This document shows, in pieces, positions 7,822 to 19,351 of a stretch of 20,000 bases of DNA. Numbering within the stretch: the stretch's first letter is position 1; each line of letters opens with the position of its first letter. The DNA is taken from positions 264,664 through 284,663 of the forward strand of contig WELA01002258.1 of assembly GCA_009602735.1 (NCBI GenBank). The letters are read 5' to 3'. This stretch comes from Mesotaenium endlicherianum (lineage: Eukaryota). The position numbers and the translations under genes were made by a program. The notes under the pieces are model-generated. The model did no database searches. It saw nothing but the letters and a program-made list of their open reading frames with translations, and was not told the origin of the DNA.

Positions 7822-10177
7822 CTGCCAGCCACCCCCACGCCACGTCATTTGCTCAGTCCAAGCACACTCTTCACCTTTTTCACGTTCTTTGCATTTTTCA
7901 GACGAGCTCTTTGCTCCAAGTTTGGTACTTGTCTGTGCACATCAAGTTCAGATGTTTTGGACAGTGCCACATGCATTCACAATATCCTCCCCACGCACTC
8001 CTATATGCTGTATAGGTGTATGTGAGCTATGCTTGTGCTACTGTCGCAAAGAAGTGCACACTCCACAGTCTTATAAGCTAATCACCAAGCATGTAGAATT
8101 ACTCTTGCGCGCCTGTGCGCATCCACAGACACGCAAACACACACATACACACACGGGTACACACACACACACACACACACGCGCGCGCGTGCGCAGACTG
8201 CACTCTCAATACGAATGCTCTCCCGCCCCCTTCCTCCGCGAGGCTCCCTCTCCCGCACGGGCACAAGTCCTCCCCACCTCCAGCTTGGGCTCTTTGGTCA
8301 TGGGGTTGTTGCAGAGGTCGATGGTGCGCGCGTATTTCTTCGTCTCGTTGCCGCACCACGACTCGCACCACAGCCACTGCTGCGGCAGCGAGAAGATGGG
8401 CACCGCGTGCTGCGCGTAGTTGGGCAGGTCCTGCACGACAGCTCCGGGCAGGGAAAAAAAAAGAAAAGGGGGGGGGGCGGCAAACAGACATGAAAGTGCA
8501 CACGGGTTAGGGCATAGGGCAAGATTCAGGAAAGCAAGAGGGGCAAGGGTATGTATGCATGCATGCAGGAGCGAGAGAGATAGCCACCCAGCAATTCAGC
8601 CGCAGAGCCGCCCACAGAAGCATCCTTGGCACGCAGGTCACGGACCGACATGCTTGCGAACAAAGGCAGCATGCTGCGTGTGGTGTGCGTGCGCAGCCCT
8701 GACGTGTCAGGCCGACAGCGCCTGTCATATGCTAAAACAGCTGAGCAGCAGCTGACACATCGGACNACGGGACAAGGTAAGAAGGAAAGAACAAAGAGGG
8801 AAACAACAAGTCAGTTGGAGTGCACACTCCTTCCAACCTCCGCAGGTTAGACCAGGTGCCCATCCCGGGCCCGACATTAGCCCCCTCTCGCCCGAAGAGA
8901 TGGGAGAGGCCGCAGGCATCATGCCCGGTGTGAAAGGAGGCAGGCAGGAGTCAGCATCTCTCAGTCGGCACGGCACCTTGAGGCCATCGACCGTGCATGG
9001 GCAAGGCAGCAGCGGCCTGCAGGGGCAAGAGCTGCCCCCCTTTTTCCCAAAGAGAGCCTAGACGCTGACATAAGCGCAGCAGCAGGAGCACGAGAAGGAG
9101 CAGCAGCAGCAGGAGCAGCAGGAGCAGGAGCAAGAAACAGTGGTGAAAGAGGAGGAAAGCACATGATTTAGCAAGAACAGAGCACGGCATCATGGGGACA
9201 CCCACTGGCATTCGATACGTCAACTATGACTGTGCTCTCTCTTCCTCTCTCTCAGTGCGTGGGCGGGTGTGTAATCGCAGGATAGGAGGTCCATCCCAGC
9301 AGGCATGGGGTTGCCTGTACACTCATGGGGGAGAGTAGTCGGGGGGGGAAGGGAGGAGGAGGATTCGGGGGACGCACCTGGTCGAGGTTGGCGAGAGAGT
9401 TGGGGTCCTTGCTCAAGCTCTCATAGAATACGCGCAGGTGGTCTCCCGCCGCCATCTGGCGGAACTTTTGGAGGTCCACCACATACAGAGCACTGCGTTT
9501 CCCCCCCCCCCCCCCCNNNNNNNNNNNNNNNNNNNNNNNNNNCCCCCCCCCCCCCCAAAAAAAAGAGGACAGACATGCCAGGTGTCAGTTTCTCATTGGA
9601 GTGTTCTCCTCGGCCACAGGCAAGTGGCAGCTCATCCTACAATTTGAACGCAAGACCCAGCCCCCCCCCCTCTCCTTCTCTGCCTCTTCCTCTCTCATTC
9701 GTGACAAGAGCGCTTGCGATGCTAGGGGCATGCAACAGGCAACAGGCAATGGCATGGAGACCCGGGGGGATGTGCGCCAAAGAGCTGCCAAATGGCAGCA
9801 TAGATCAGCTGAGAGGTGGCATTCCAAAAGGACCGCGCCTGCTGCTCATGCGAGACGCCTCGGGTTGTTTTGTGGCAGAGAACATTCTGAGAAAAGTTGA
9901 TCTCAAGACACACGCACACGCACACGCTCACAAACACTCATGCACAGACACACACATAGACACACACACACACACGCTCACGCACACACACACGCGCGCG
10001 CGCGCACGCACAAGCAACAAACACACGCAAACGCGAATACACACACATGTATACACAGGAACACACGCAGCACACAGCACGGGCATACCTGATGTGGTAG
10101 GGGCGCCCTCTCAGGTGGTCCTTCCAGAAGCCCTGCATCCCCTCCCTCCCTCCCCCGCCCCGCGCTTCAGCTTGCGA

Positions 10178-10246
<69 letters not shown>

Positions 10247-13200
10247 NNNNNNNNNNNNNNNNNNNNNNNNNNNNNNNNNNNNNNNNNNNNNNNNNNNNNN
10301 NNNNNNNNNNNNNNNNNNNNNNNNNNNNNNNNNNNNNNNNNNNNNNNNNNNNNNNNNNNNNNNNNNNNNNNNNNNNNNNNNNNNNNNNNNNNNNNNNNNN
10401 NNNNNNNNNNNNNNNNNNNNNNNNNNNNNNNNNNNNNNNNNNNNNNNNNNNNNNNNNNNNNNNNNNNNNNNNNNNNNNNNNNNNNNNNNNNNNNNNNNNN
10501 NNNNNNNNNNNNNNNNNNNNNNNNNNNNNNNNNNNNNNNNNNNNNNNNNNNNNNNNNNNNNNNNNNNNNNNNNNNNNNNNNNNNNNNNNNNNNNNNNNNN
10601 NNNNNNNNNNNNNNNNNNNNNNNNNNNNNNNNNNNNNNNNNNNNNNNNNNNNNNNNNNNNNNNNNNNNNNNNNNNNNNNNNNNNNNNNNNNNNNNNNNNN
10701 NNNNNNNNNNNNNNNNNNNNNNNNNNNNNNNNNNNNNNNNNNNNNNNNNNNNNNNNNNNNNNNNNNNNNNNNNNNNNNNNNNNNNNNNNNNNNNNNNNNN
10801 NNNNNNNNNNNNNNNNNNNNNNNNNNNNNNNNNNNNNNNNNNNNNNNNNNNNNNNNNNNNNNNNNNNNNNNNNNNNNNNNNNNNNNNNNNNNNNNNNNNN
10901 NNNNNNNNNNNNNNNNNNNNNNNNNNNNNNNNNNNNNNNNNNNNNNNNNNNNNNNNNNNNNNNNNNNNNNNNNNNNNNNNNNNNNNNNNNNNNNNNNNNN
11001 NNNNNNNNNNNNNNNNNNNNNNNNNNNNNNNNNNNNNNNNNNNNNNNNNNNNNNNNNNNNNNNNNNNNNNNNNNNNNNNNNNNNNNNNNNNNNNNNNNNN
11101 NNNNNNNNNNNNNNNNNNNNNNNNNNNNNNNNNNNNNNNNNNNNNNGAGAGAGAGAGAGAGAGGGAGGGAGAGAGAGAGAGAGGGAGAGAGAGAGAGCGG
11201 GAGAGAACCAACAGCTAATGTCCATCCCCTCTGTTGCAAACGGGGGGGAAGGAGGGGGGGGGGGTCACAGGTGCATCCGCAGAGCGCGCTTGGTGGCGTG
11301 GCGGGTGCCTACAAAACGCGGTCGGCATAGACCGCTCTTACAGACACCTACTGAGCGGCAGTGGCTGCAGGAGCTGCTGCACTCACGCGCACTGCTGCCC
11401 TCAGAGGGGATGAGTGCATGCAGGCATGCATGCGTGTGCGCGTGTGTGTGCGTGCGTGTGTGCGTGTGTGCATGTGCGAATGCGGGTGCTAGTGCGACCT
11501 TGCTGGGAACGTGGATGGACTATGACCCACAAGCCAGAACTCTCAGACTGGAACTAACTCCAACGCTGAGAATGCAGCGAGGTGGCTCTGGCCGCTTGCG
11601 ACTGACGGGACCACCAGACATAGAGCGGCTGTTGGACGGACTGACAGGCAGGGAGCCAAGCCAGCCAACAGACCAGCGCGGAGCGACAGTAGGACTTGCT
11701 TCCCACAATGATAGCCAGACAAACGCACACTCATACGCAAACAGAGAGAGGGAGACAGACACACCAGGCAGACACAGGCAGATAGTCAGACAGATGGACG
11801 AACAGACACATTGACAGACCGGCAGAGAGACAGAGACAGAGACAGAGACAGACAGATAGACAGACAGGCAGGCGCAGACAGAGACAGACAGACAGACAGA
11901 CAGAGAGACAGGCAGACCTGCTTCCAGAAGCGGTAGCCCTCCATCTGGCGGTTGTTGTCGCACATGGGCGTGTACGCCAGGGGCCGCCCGCGCAGGTTCA
12001 TGTCGTACAGCTCGCCCATGTCCGTGCGCACGATCTGATCCGCGTCCACAAAGATCACCTGCCCAAGGGTACCCGAGAGCGCCCCGCCACCTGTCACCGT
12101 CAGCTGCCGTCCTTGCTGTGCTGGCCTCCCACCCTCGCCAGCAATGTCTTGTCTGTGCCACGCCCTCGCACGCGCACGCACACTCAAGCACGCGCACACA
12201 CACGCACGCGCGCATGCATGCTTTGTGCGCACGTCCACACGCCTGCCTGCAAGCAGTCGTGCCCCCACGCACACACGTGCTCGTGCTCGATGTGCATGTG
12301 CAAGCGTCGAGGCCCCGCAGCAGACAGAGGCCAGCCTCTGTGGGGATGCAAATCCCTCCTCGCTCTCCTGTGGCAGGGGCCTCCTGGTATGCTGCTGCCT
12401 TGGCTTTGGTACCTTCTTCCCCCACAGAAGCGTCCGTGGCACGACACTTGTCTTTTTTCGAGCGAGTGTCACAGCTGCCACAAGGGCAGTCCAGTCTGAC
12501 AGCTCTGTCTGGAGGCAAGGGGTGGAAAATGTACATTCCCTCCAAGCGCTATGCAAAGTCATTTGACAAAAAAAGGGCCACCTGCGAACCCACAGCTGTG
12601 CAACTCGTGCCACCTGACGCAGCGTGTGAACAGGTGTCTTCTTCTCCACCAACCTCGAAGGTCTCCCCGCCAGCTGAGACATGCAGCCAGCTGTCGGCTT
12701 CTCGACTCACGCGGTGCGGGCGGAGCTGAGCCAATTGCGACCAGAGGGAAGGGGGGAGAAGCAGATGGGGAGAGGGGAGGGGGGATTAACAAAAAACGGG
12801 ACTTGACAGAATGGGTGGAGGGCAGAGTAGGGAACGTGAAGGGGCGAAAGGGGGGGAAGGGGGAGANNNNNNNNNNNNNNNNNNNNNNNNNNNNNNNNNN
12901 NNNNNNNNNNNNNNNNNNNNNNNNNNNNNNNNNNNNNNNNNNNNNNNNNNNNNNNNNNNNNNNNNNNNNNNNNNNNNNNNNNNNNNNNNNNGGGGGGGGA
13001 GACAGCACCTTCTTGGTGGAGAGGGGGAAGAGGACGTCAAGGAAGAGGATCTTGTAGGCCCAGATGAGGCGCTGCTTCTCGCGCTGCTTGTGCAGCCACG
13101 AGGGCCACTTGTATGTCACCAGCGCGTACCGGAACCCGTACGCGCGCGCCATGTGCGGGATCACGTCCTGCCGCCTCGCTCGCGCGCGCACACACGCACA

Positions 13201-16200
13201 CACGCGCACGCGCACACGCAGGCACGCACACACGCAGGCACGCAGGCACGCAGGCACGCACGCACGCGTCGACAAGCAGGCGCACGGTCAGGCGCACGCG
13301 CGTGCTCGTGTGCACAAGTGCTTACGCATACACACACAGACGCACACACGCCCTTGTGTTCAGAGTATTGTCGCCGTCTCACTCTGGCTAGCAAGAAGAC
13401 GCACACATGCACGTAGTGTTCCACATTCTCCCCTGACTACTCCGACGCACTCACGCACGCATCCGCCCGCATGCTCATCTGCAGACTCTCAGATTCACTC
13501 CATGGCTCTCACAATTTCACACACTCTCTCACTTGCACACCCAATAATGCACGCCCTCACACAGACACAGACACAGACACACAAGCACTGCTCACGCACC
13601 CAGCCGCTTGTTTGCTTGCTTGCCCGCGCCATTCTTCTCACACCCCGCACCCACTCACTCCCACGCACAAAGAAGCACACGCTCTTACTCTGACCCACTT
13701 CACCCTCTCACTGGCGCGCACTCGCACGCCACATCCCACTCAATCCCCCACACGTCTACCTGCTAGCTCACACACGTGCTCTGCTTTCCCCCTCGTGGCA
13801 TGCACCGCTGTGAGTAAGCATACACACCCCCACTTTACTACCACTCAGGAGACGAACCCCAACTCGAAGGGGAAGGCGGAGGTGCGAGCAATAGCTGGCC
13901 CGAGAAAATCAGAGGCGGGGAGGCCCATGCACCCGAGTGCCCTTGTGCCGCACATTGCACTCCTTCTCATGACACTGTCTGACTCCTCGCACCCCGCGAG
14001 AAAGAGCCGGCGGCAGCGACGGCTCCGCCAGGAGGGAGCCAGCTGGAGGATTGTCTCACTACTACTGACGAGGCACGACCCCTTTCCGACATCCACACGC
14101 ACACTCTCGGCAGAGAACACAGACCCCCAGGCCCCCCCCCCATTAGTCGAACTGTTATGCGGGAAGGATCGCATTAGAGCTGGAGGAGGGAGAGGAGAGG
14201 AGAGGAGAGGAAGGAGGTGGAGGAGGGAGAGAAGGGGAGGAGAAGGGACAGGAGGAAGAGGAGGAGAAGAGGAGGAGGAGGAGGAGGAGGAGGAGGAGGA
14301 GGGGGTGGGGAACCTTGAACTTGGGCGAGAGGTAGTTCTTGATGAACCAGAACTTGACGGGCCGCTTGGTGTGCTTCAGCACCGACAGGATCATGATCCG
14401 CGTGAAGCGCTCGTACCTGCCACGTGTCACGCATGCAGGCACGCCACGCAGGCGCAGGGACGTCTCAGGCGTGCATGCATGCAGGCAGGCAGGCAGGCCA
14501 TCCAGTAGCTGACGGGCGTATGGTCCCCGCCACACCAGGAAACTTGAACGGACTTGTCTGCACTTGAGGGAGCGCCCTGGTTGGCTGGCTCATGCTCAGC
14601 ACCGCATGTACACCTGGCGCATGTACACGTGGCACGTGTGGAGGATGACGGGCAAAGTCAAACATATCACACACGCTCAAACGGGCCCAGGCTGATACAA
14701 GCTGTCACAAGCTGCCAGCTGGCAGCATGTCAGCATTCCGGGCTCACGGAACCGAACTGCCAAGCATGCGGGACGCCACCACCAGACAGGAGGTGCTAGG
14801 TTAGCAGCAGCTGACAAAGAAGGCACTGTGCACAGCACACTTGGCAGCTCCAGGAGAAAAGGAGCAGGCAGAGGCGCGGTACCACCAGGTGGCACAAGTG
14901 GCAAAGGTAGACGCAGACTGACAGGCGGCGGGGACCACAGACTGCGCAACGGTAGCCGGCTGACTTACAAGTGGCCGCTGGCGATGGAGAAGATGTTGAT
15001 GGTCTCTCCGCTCGCGTCCCCTCCCTGCATGTGAGAGACGCATGTCAGAGACGCACAGGAAGGGAGAAAGGCAGGGAGGAAGAGGGGGCGAGAAGACAGC
15101 AGCAAAATTCAGCAGGTGGCAGCAGCAGCAGCAGGGGCAACTGTAGCAGAAGCAGCCAAAGGAGAGGGCAAAAAGCCCACCGCACAAGCTCACGAATAAC
15201 CCCTCAGCACGCGGGCGGAAGGGAGCAGGAGGAGAGCAGCAGCGCACGCGCATGCCATCACACTCCTGCCCTCTTCCTGGAGGGAAAAGGGAGTCGTGTG
15301 GTGGCCACCCTGAGTCTAGAGCAGCCTGTGCGTGCCACCTGGCGGCGTGACGGGCTCGCTTTTCATAGGGGGGGCGAAACTAGTTGCGCCAGGTGGCTAG
15401 AAATTTCTCGTGTCGAGGATGTGGTCTAAGAGCTCATTTTTTCCCTCTCTTTTTGGAACAAGCTGACGCGGAAGGACATCACAGAGGGGCCAAACCGCCC
15501 CAGAGGGGCAGAGGGGCAGAAGAGAGGAGGGGGCCAAAAGCAAGAGGAGAGGGCAGCGGAGCAGAGAAGAATAGGAGAGAGGGCGGATATGAGAAGAGAG
15601 AGCACAGGGGAGGAGGCAGAGAGGACAGAAGAAGAGGATAAAGAAACGAGGGAAGGAAAAGAGAGGGCATGAGAGGGAGGGGGAGGAAAGTGGAGGGGAG
15701 GGGAGGGGAGAGATAGAGGAGGAGATGGCGCAAGTCATACGGCAGGTGCAGCCTTGGGCGCGGGCGTGCGGGCGGCAGCGGGCGGCTTGCCCTTGATGGC
15801 GTCCATCATGCTGCCCCACATGGACCTGCCCGCCTTCTTCCCCTGCACCGCCCCCCTCGTGTTCGCACGTCAATTGCGCGCGCGTGCACGCGCGCGCGCA
15901 CACACACTCTCTCTCTCTCTCTCTCTCTCACTCACACACACACACACACGCGTATACTCACAGACGCGTGCAAATGCAACTTCTTCCCACTCTTTTTTCC
16001 TCCCTTCTGCCTCCTGCTTCGGATCCGTTGCTTTCTATCCTCTCCCTCCCTCGCTTGCTCTCTGCCTCAAGCTGAACATGCACGCATGCACGCGGACACA
16101 CGCTCACAAGCACATACATGCACACACATGCTCGTACGTGACTGCAGATCCTTTTCCTCTCCCCCAGATTATTAGGGACACAAGGAGCAACCCTGCAGGC

Positions 16201-19029
16201 GGAAGCAGCACGCCAGCTCAGCAAGCATCCGCCAAGCGCCACCTGGAGGTCTGGGAGCTACCTTGGCCTTGCGCCTGCCGGCCCGCACGCCGCCATCCTC
16301 GTCGTCGTCCGCAATGTACAAGTCATCCTCCTCCTCCTCCTCCTCCTTGTCACCCGCACCCCCTTCCTCCTCCTCGCCCCCCCAACCCTCCTCCTCCTCC
16401 TCCTCCTCCTCCTCGTCGTCGAGATGCCCCTCCCCATCCTCCAGGATCTTCTCCTCCTCCTTGCCCTCTCGCTTCACCACCTCCAGCCGCACGACGCGCC
16501 CCGTCAGATCCCCCACCACCACCCGCATGCTCGAGGGGCCTGCGTCGGAGCCCGCCCCGGGGCCCGCCAGTGTGTACAGCTCCGCGCTCCTGCCAGCTGC
16601 CAGGCTCAGCGTCCAGACAGCGGGCGAGGCCTTGAGCTGGAAGTAGCCGAGGTTGGCCATGACCAGCGTGTCCTCCATGTGGGGCGTCGAGGCCGTCCCC
16701 AGCAGCAGCTGCAGCCCTCTGGGGGGCTCCGCGTCCTCCTCATAGCAGTGGCCTGCCCCACCACCGGCAGCAGCAGCAGCAGCAGGAGAAGGAGCAGGAG
16801 CAGGAGCAGCCGCAGGAGCACAAGCAACAGCGGGAGGGATAGGGGGGAGGAGGAGGGGAGAGGAGGAGAAGGGAACGGGAAGGAAGTTCATGTGTCAGTG
16901 CTTAATGGTGTTTGGAGCGGAGGCTTCTCCCCAACCACCAGCACACGCCAAGGCAGCACCAGCAGCAGGAGGAGGAGGGCGAGGGGGAGGGGGGAGAGGT
17001 AAAGGTCCACCATCACAACCGGCAGCAGCCGCACCACCACAAGGATACGGTACGAGCAAGAAAAGAGTAGTAAGAGAAGCAGCAGCAGGGCGAGGAAGGA
17101 AATCAATGACACGTCGAGCTCAAGTCTGAGCATCAGCAGATGACAAACGCTAAGCTGGCAACGCGGCAAGGGGCAGACAGCCATGCGCCCCCCCCGTGCA
17201 GCAGCGGAACAGTCGCAGCAGGAGCAGCAGGCACAGACAGCAGCAACTTCGGAGCATTGACAAGGAGAGCTTCTGCCAGTCCCCACCACAGCCAGAGGAG
17301 GAGGAGGAGGAGGAGGAGCCGCTAGCGCGAAGCAAGCGCGCAAGAGGCAACAAGATATGGCTGGCTGCCAGGCCCCTTCTCAAGAGACGGGCAGAGGGAG
17401 GAAGAGAGGGCGCGGAAGAGAGGGAGACAAAAATGGACAGGGAAAGTTTGGGGAGGGAGGGAGCACGGGAGGGGGCAGAAGAGGAAACCAAAGACAGGGA
17501 GGGAGAGAAGGAGGGAGAAAATGAGGGAGAGGGGGGGGGAGGGGCAGCCGCCACCTGTCAGCATGAGGGCCTCGAGCTCAAAGACGGCGCTGATGCTGCG
17601 CTCTGGAATCTTCTCCAGCACCAGATTGTCCAGGTCGTGCCTGCCAGGTGTCAGTGCCAAGTGGCAGGTGAGACATCCCACACGCAGTGCGCATCGTCTC
17701 GCGGCTTAAATACGAGCTGCCCAGAGAGAACACACACTGCTGCAGCTCCCACTTGTGAATGAGCATCACCTAACAACCATTTGGTTTTCATTTTCAAATG
17801 CGGTGGTCTACTCAATCACTAACTACAGCACTTTTTTGGCATAGCACGCCAGCACAACCTGTTACAGACAAGCACACACGCAAGGACAAGGAGAATGTGA
17901 GTGTACAGTCCGGTGCGAGTGTCTTGCAGGATGACTGGACCCGCAATTCCATGTATACACTTGCCTTGTGCCTTCTGCATGACCCTACACCTGACATGAA
18001 GACATTTGACTTACGCACACACCTACACGACACGCAAATATAACACACACAGACACATACAGGCACATCTCTCTCTCTCTCTCCCTCCCTCCCTCCCTCC
18101 CTCCCTCCCTCCCTCGCTCCCTCCCTCCCTCGCTCGCTCGCTCGCTCTCGCTCTCCCTCTCGCTCTCTCGCTCTCTCGCTCTCGCTCTCGCTCTCTCGCT
18201 CTCTTGCTCTCGCTCTCGCTCTCGCTCTCTCGCTCTCTCGCTCTTGCGCTCTCGCGCTCTCTCGCTCTTGCGCTCTCGCGCTCTCTCGCTCTCGCGCTCG
18301 CACTCTCGCTCTCTCGCTCGCTCTCTCTCGCGCTCACGCTCGCGCTCGCTCTCGCTCTCGCTCTCCCTCTCTCCCTCCCTCGCTCTCGTTCTCGCTCTCG
18401 CTCCCTCGCTCCCTCGCTCCCTCGCTCTCTCTCTCTCTCNNNNNNNNNNNNNNNNNNNNNNNNNNNNNNNNNNNNNNNNNNNNNNNNNNNNNNNNNNNNN
18501 NNNNNNNNNNNNNNNNNNNNNNNNNNNNNNNNNNNNNNNNNNNNNNNNNNNNNNNNNNNNNNNNNNNNNNNNNNNNNNNNNNNNNNNNNNNNNNNNNNNN
18601 NNNNNNNNNNNNNNNNNNNNNNNNNNNNNNNNNNNNNNNNNNNNNNNNNNNNNNNNNNNNNNNNNNNNNNNNNNNNNNNNNNNNNNNNNNNNNNNNNNNN
18701 NNNNNNNNNNNNNNNNNNNNNNNNNNNNNNNNNNNNNNNNNNNNNNNNNNNNNNNNNNNNNNNNNNNNNNNNNNNNNNNNNNNNNNNNNNNNNNNNNNNN
18801 NNNNNNNNNNNNNNNNNNNNNNNNNNNNNNNNNNNNNNNNNNNNNNNNNNNNNNNNNNNNNNNNNNNNNNNNNNNNNNNNNNNNNNNNNNNNNNNNNNNN
18901 NNNNNNNNNNNNNNNNNNNNNNNNNNNNNNNNNNNNNNNNNNNNNNNNNNNNNNNNNNNNNNNNNNNNNNNNNNNNNNNNNNNNNNNNNNNNNNNNNNNN
19001 NNNNNNNNNNNNNNNNNNNNNNNNNNNNN

Positions 19030-19096
<67 letters not shown>

Positions 19097-19351
19097 AGTC
19101 TCTGCGCGTGTGGCTGTGCGCAAGCGCGCTTTTAACGCAAACAAAAGAACAAGCAGTACATACTTGGCGACGACGGGCTCCACCAGCCACGGCTCTGGCA
19201 CCTGGAGGTTCATGGTCAGCGTGCGCGACTGCGGCAGACCCACAAAGTGACAGCTGGCGCCCGCGCCCAGCTCGCCGCTTTCAGTGAAGTCGTCCTTGGT
19301 GGGGACCGCAAAGCGGTAGAAGTTCTTCAGGGGCACCTCCGCCAGCGTTGG
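7543..19351 (-). CDS. UGGT: UDP-glucose:glycoprotein glucosyltransferase, 3' part (12 exons, 1917 nt, 638 aa plus stop; 5' exons lie beyond the right edge)
   Basis: Spliced product contains diagnostic UGGT motifs [102 protein letters not shown] (DxD), [46 protein letters not shown], and C-terminal SKDEL. All 11 internal introns are GT-AG and phase-compatible. Confidence 0.97.
8278..8430 (-). CDS. UGGT: UGGT exon DLPNYAQH...WLWCESWC...[16 protein letters not shown]
   Basis: GTGCAG acceptor, 153 nt, donor GTGGGG, phase 0. Confidence 0.96.
9378..9492 (-). CDS. UGGT: UGGT exon [38 protein letters not shown]
   Basis: ACGCAG acceptor, 115 nt, donor GTGCGT, phase 0. Confidence 0.96.
9501..9556. 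repeat. Poly-C run (poly-G on pre-mRNA) interrupted by a 25-N gap (9517-9541)
   Basis: Direct reading; lies a few bases upstream of the UGGT acceptor at 9493. Confidence 0.9.
10089..10132 (-). CDS. UGGT: UGGT exon [14 protein letters not shown](S)
   Basis: ATGCAG acceptor, 44 nt, donor GTATGC, phase 2. Confidence 0.94.
10161..11198. repeat. (AG)n microsatellite flanking a 900-N assembly gap (10247-11146)
   Basis: Direct reading of AG runs on both sides of the gap. Confidence 0.95.
11745..11915. repeat. Degenerate (GACA)n/(GAGACA)n repeat at the 5' end of a UGGT intron
   Basis: gagacagagacagagacagagacagacagatagacagacagg... directly next to the donor at 11917. Confidence 0.85.
11918..12058 (-). 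CDS. UGGT: UGGT exon [11 protein letters not shown]...MEGYRFWKQ (DxD at 12038-12046)
   Basis: GGGCAG acceptor, 141 nt, donor GTCTGC, phase 0. Confidence 0.96.
12867..12991. other. Assembly gap (125 N) within a G-rich low-complexity intron tract
   Basis: N run flanked by G runs. Confidence 0.95.
13009..13167 (-). CDS. UGGT: UGGT exon [11 protein letters not shown]...[16 protein letters not shown]
   Basis: CGGCAG acceptor, 159 nt, donor GTGCTG, phase 0. Confidence 0.95.
14182..14310. repeat. (GAG)n / purine-rich tract ((CCT)n on pre-mRNA) immediately after the UGGT donor at 14313
   Basis: Direct reading. Confidence 0.9.
14314..14416 (-). CDS. UGGT: UGGT exon [34 protein letters not shown]
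   Basis: TGGCAG acceptor, 103 nt, weak donor GTTCCC, phase 0. Confidence 0.95.
14969..15024 (-). CDS. UGGT: UGGT exon [18 protein letters not shown](L), start of GT24 domain
   Basis: ATGCAG acceptor, 56 nt, donor GTAAGT, phase 2. Confidence 0.93.
15741..15842 (-). CDS. UGGT: UGGT linker exon [34 protein letters not shown]
   Basis: GTGCAG acceptor, 102 nt open GC3-rich frame, donor GTATGA, phase 0/0. Low sequence conservation, and it could be skipped without a frameshift. Confidence 0.7.
16262..16752 (-). CDS. UGGT: UGGT exon [18 protein letters not shown]...acidic linker...RRKAK
   Basis: GGGCAG acceptor, 491 nt, donor GTAGCT, phase 0; the 3' boundary lies in the poorly conserved linker and is less certain. 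Confidence 0.88.
17555..17640 (-). CDS. UGGT: UGGT exon [28 protein letters not shown](G)
   Basis: TGGCAG acceptor, 86 nt, donor GTGGCG, phase 1. Confidence 0.93.
18068..19092. repeat. Compound (CT)n/(CCCT)n/(CTCG)n microsatellite flanking a 590-N gap (18440-19029)
   Basis: Direct reading. Confidence 0.95.
19164..19351 (-). CDS. UGGT: UGGT exon [14 protein letters not shown]...[12 protein letters not shown](K)
   Basis: ATGCAG acceptor, 188 nt, donor GTATGT at 19163, phase 2. Confidence 0.92.

Noticed and set aside
7556..8419. 287-aa plus-strand Ser-rich ORF
   Set aside because: Antisense shadow of the last two UGGT exons and the intron between them.
9305..11239. Long ORFs of 352-637 aa
   Set aside because: Artefacts of N gaps and AG/CA microsatellites, which lack stop codons.
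11218..17769. Many 100-345 aa ORFs on both strands (poly-HT, VC, E, P, L, S)
   Set aside because: Low-complexity intron repeats or alternative frames of GC-rich UGGT exons; no independent domain signal.
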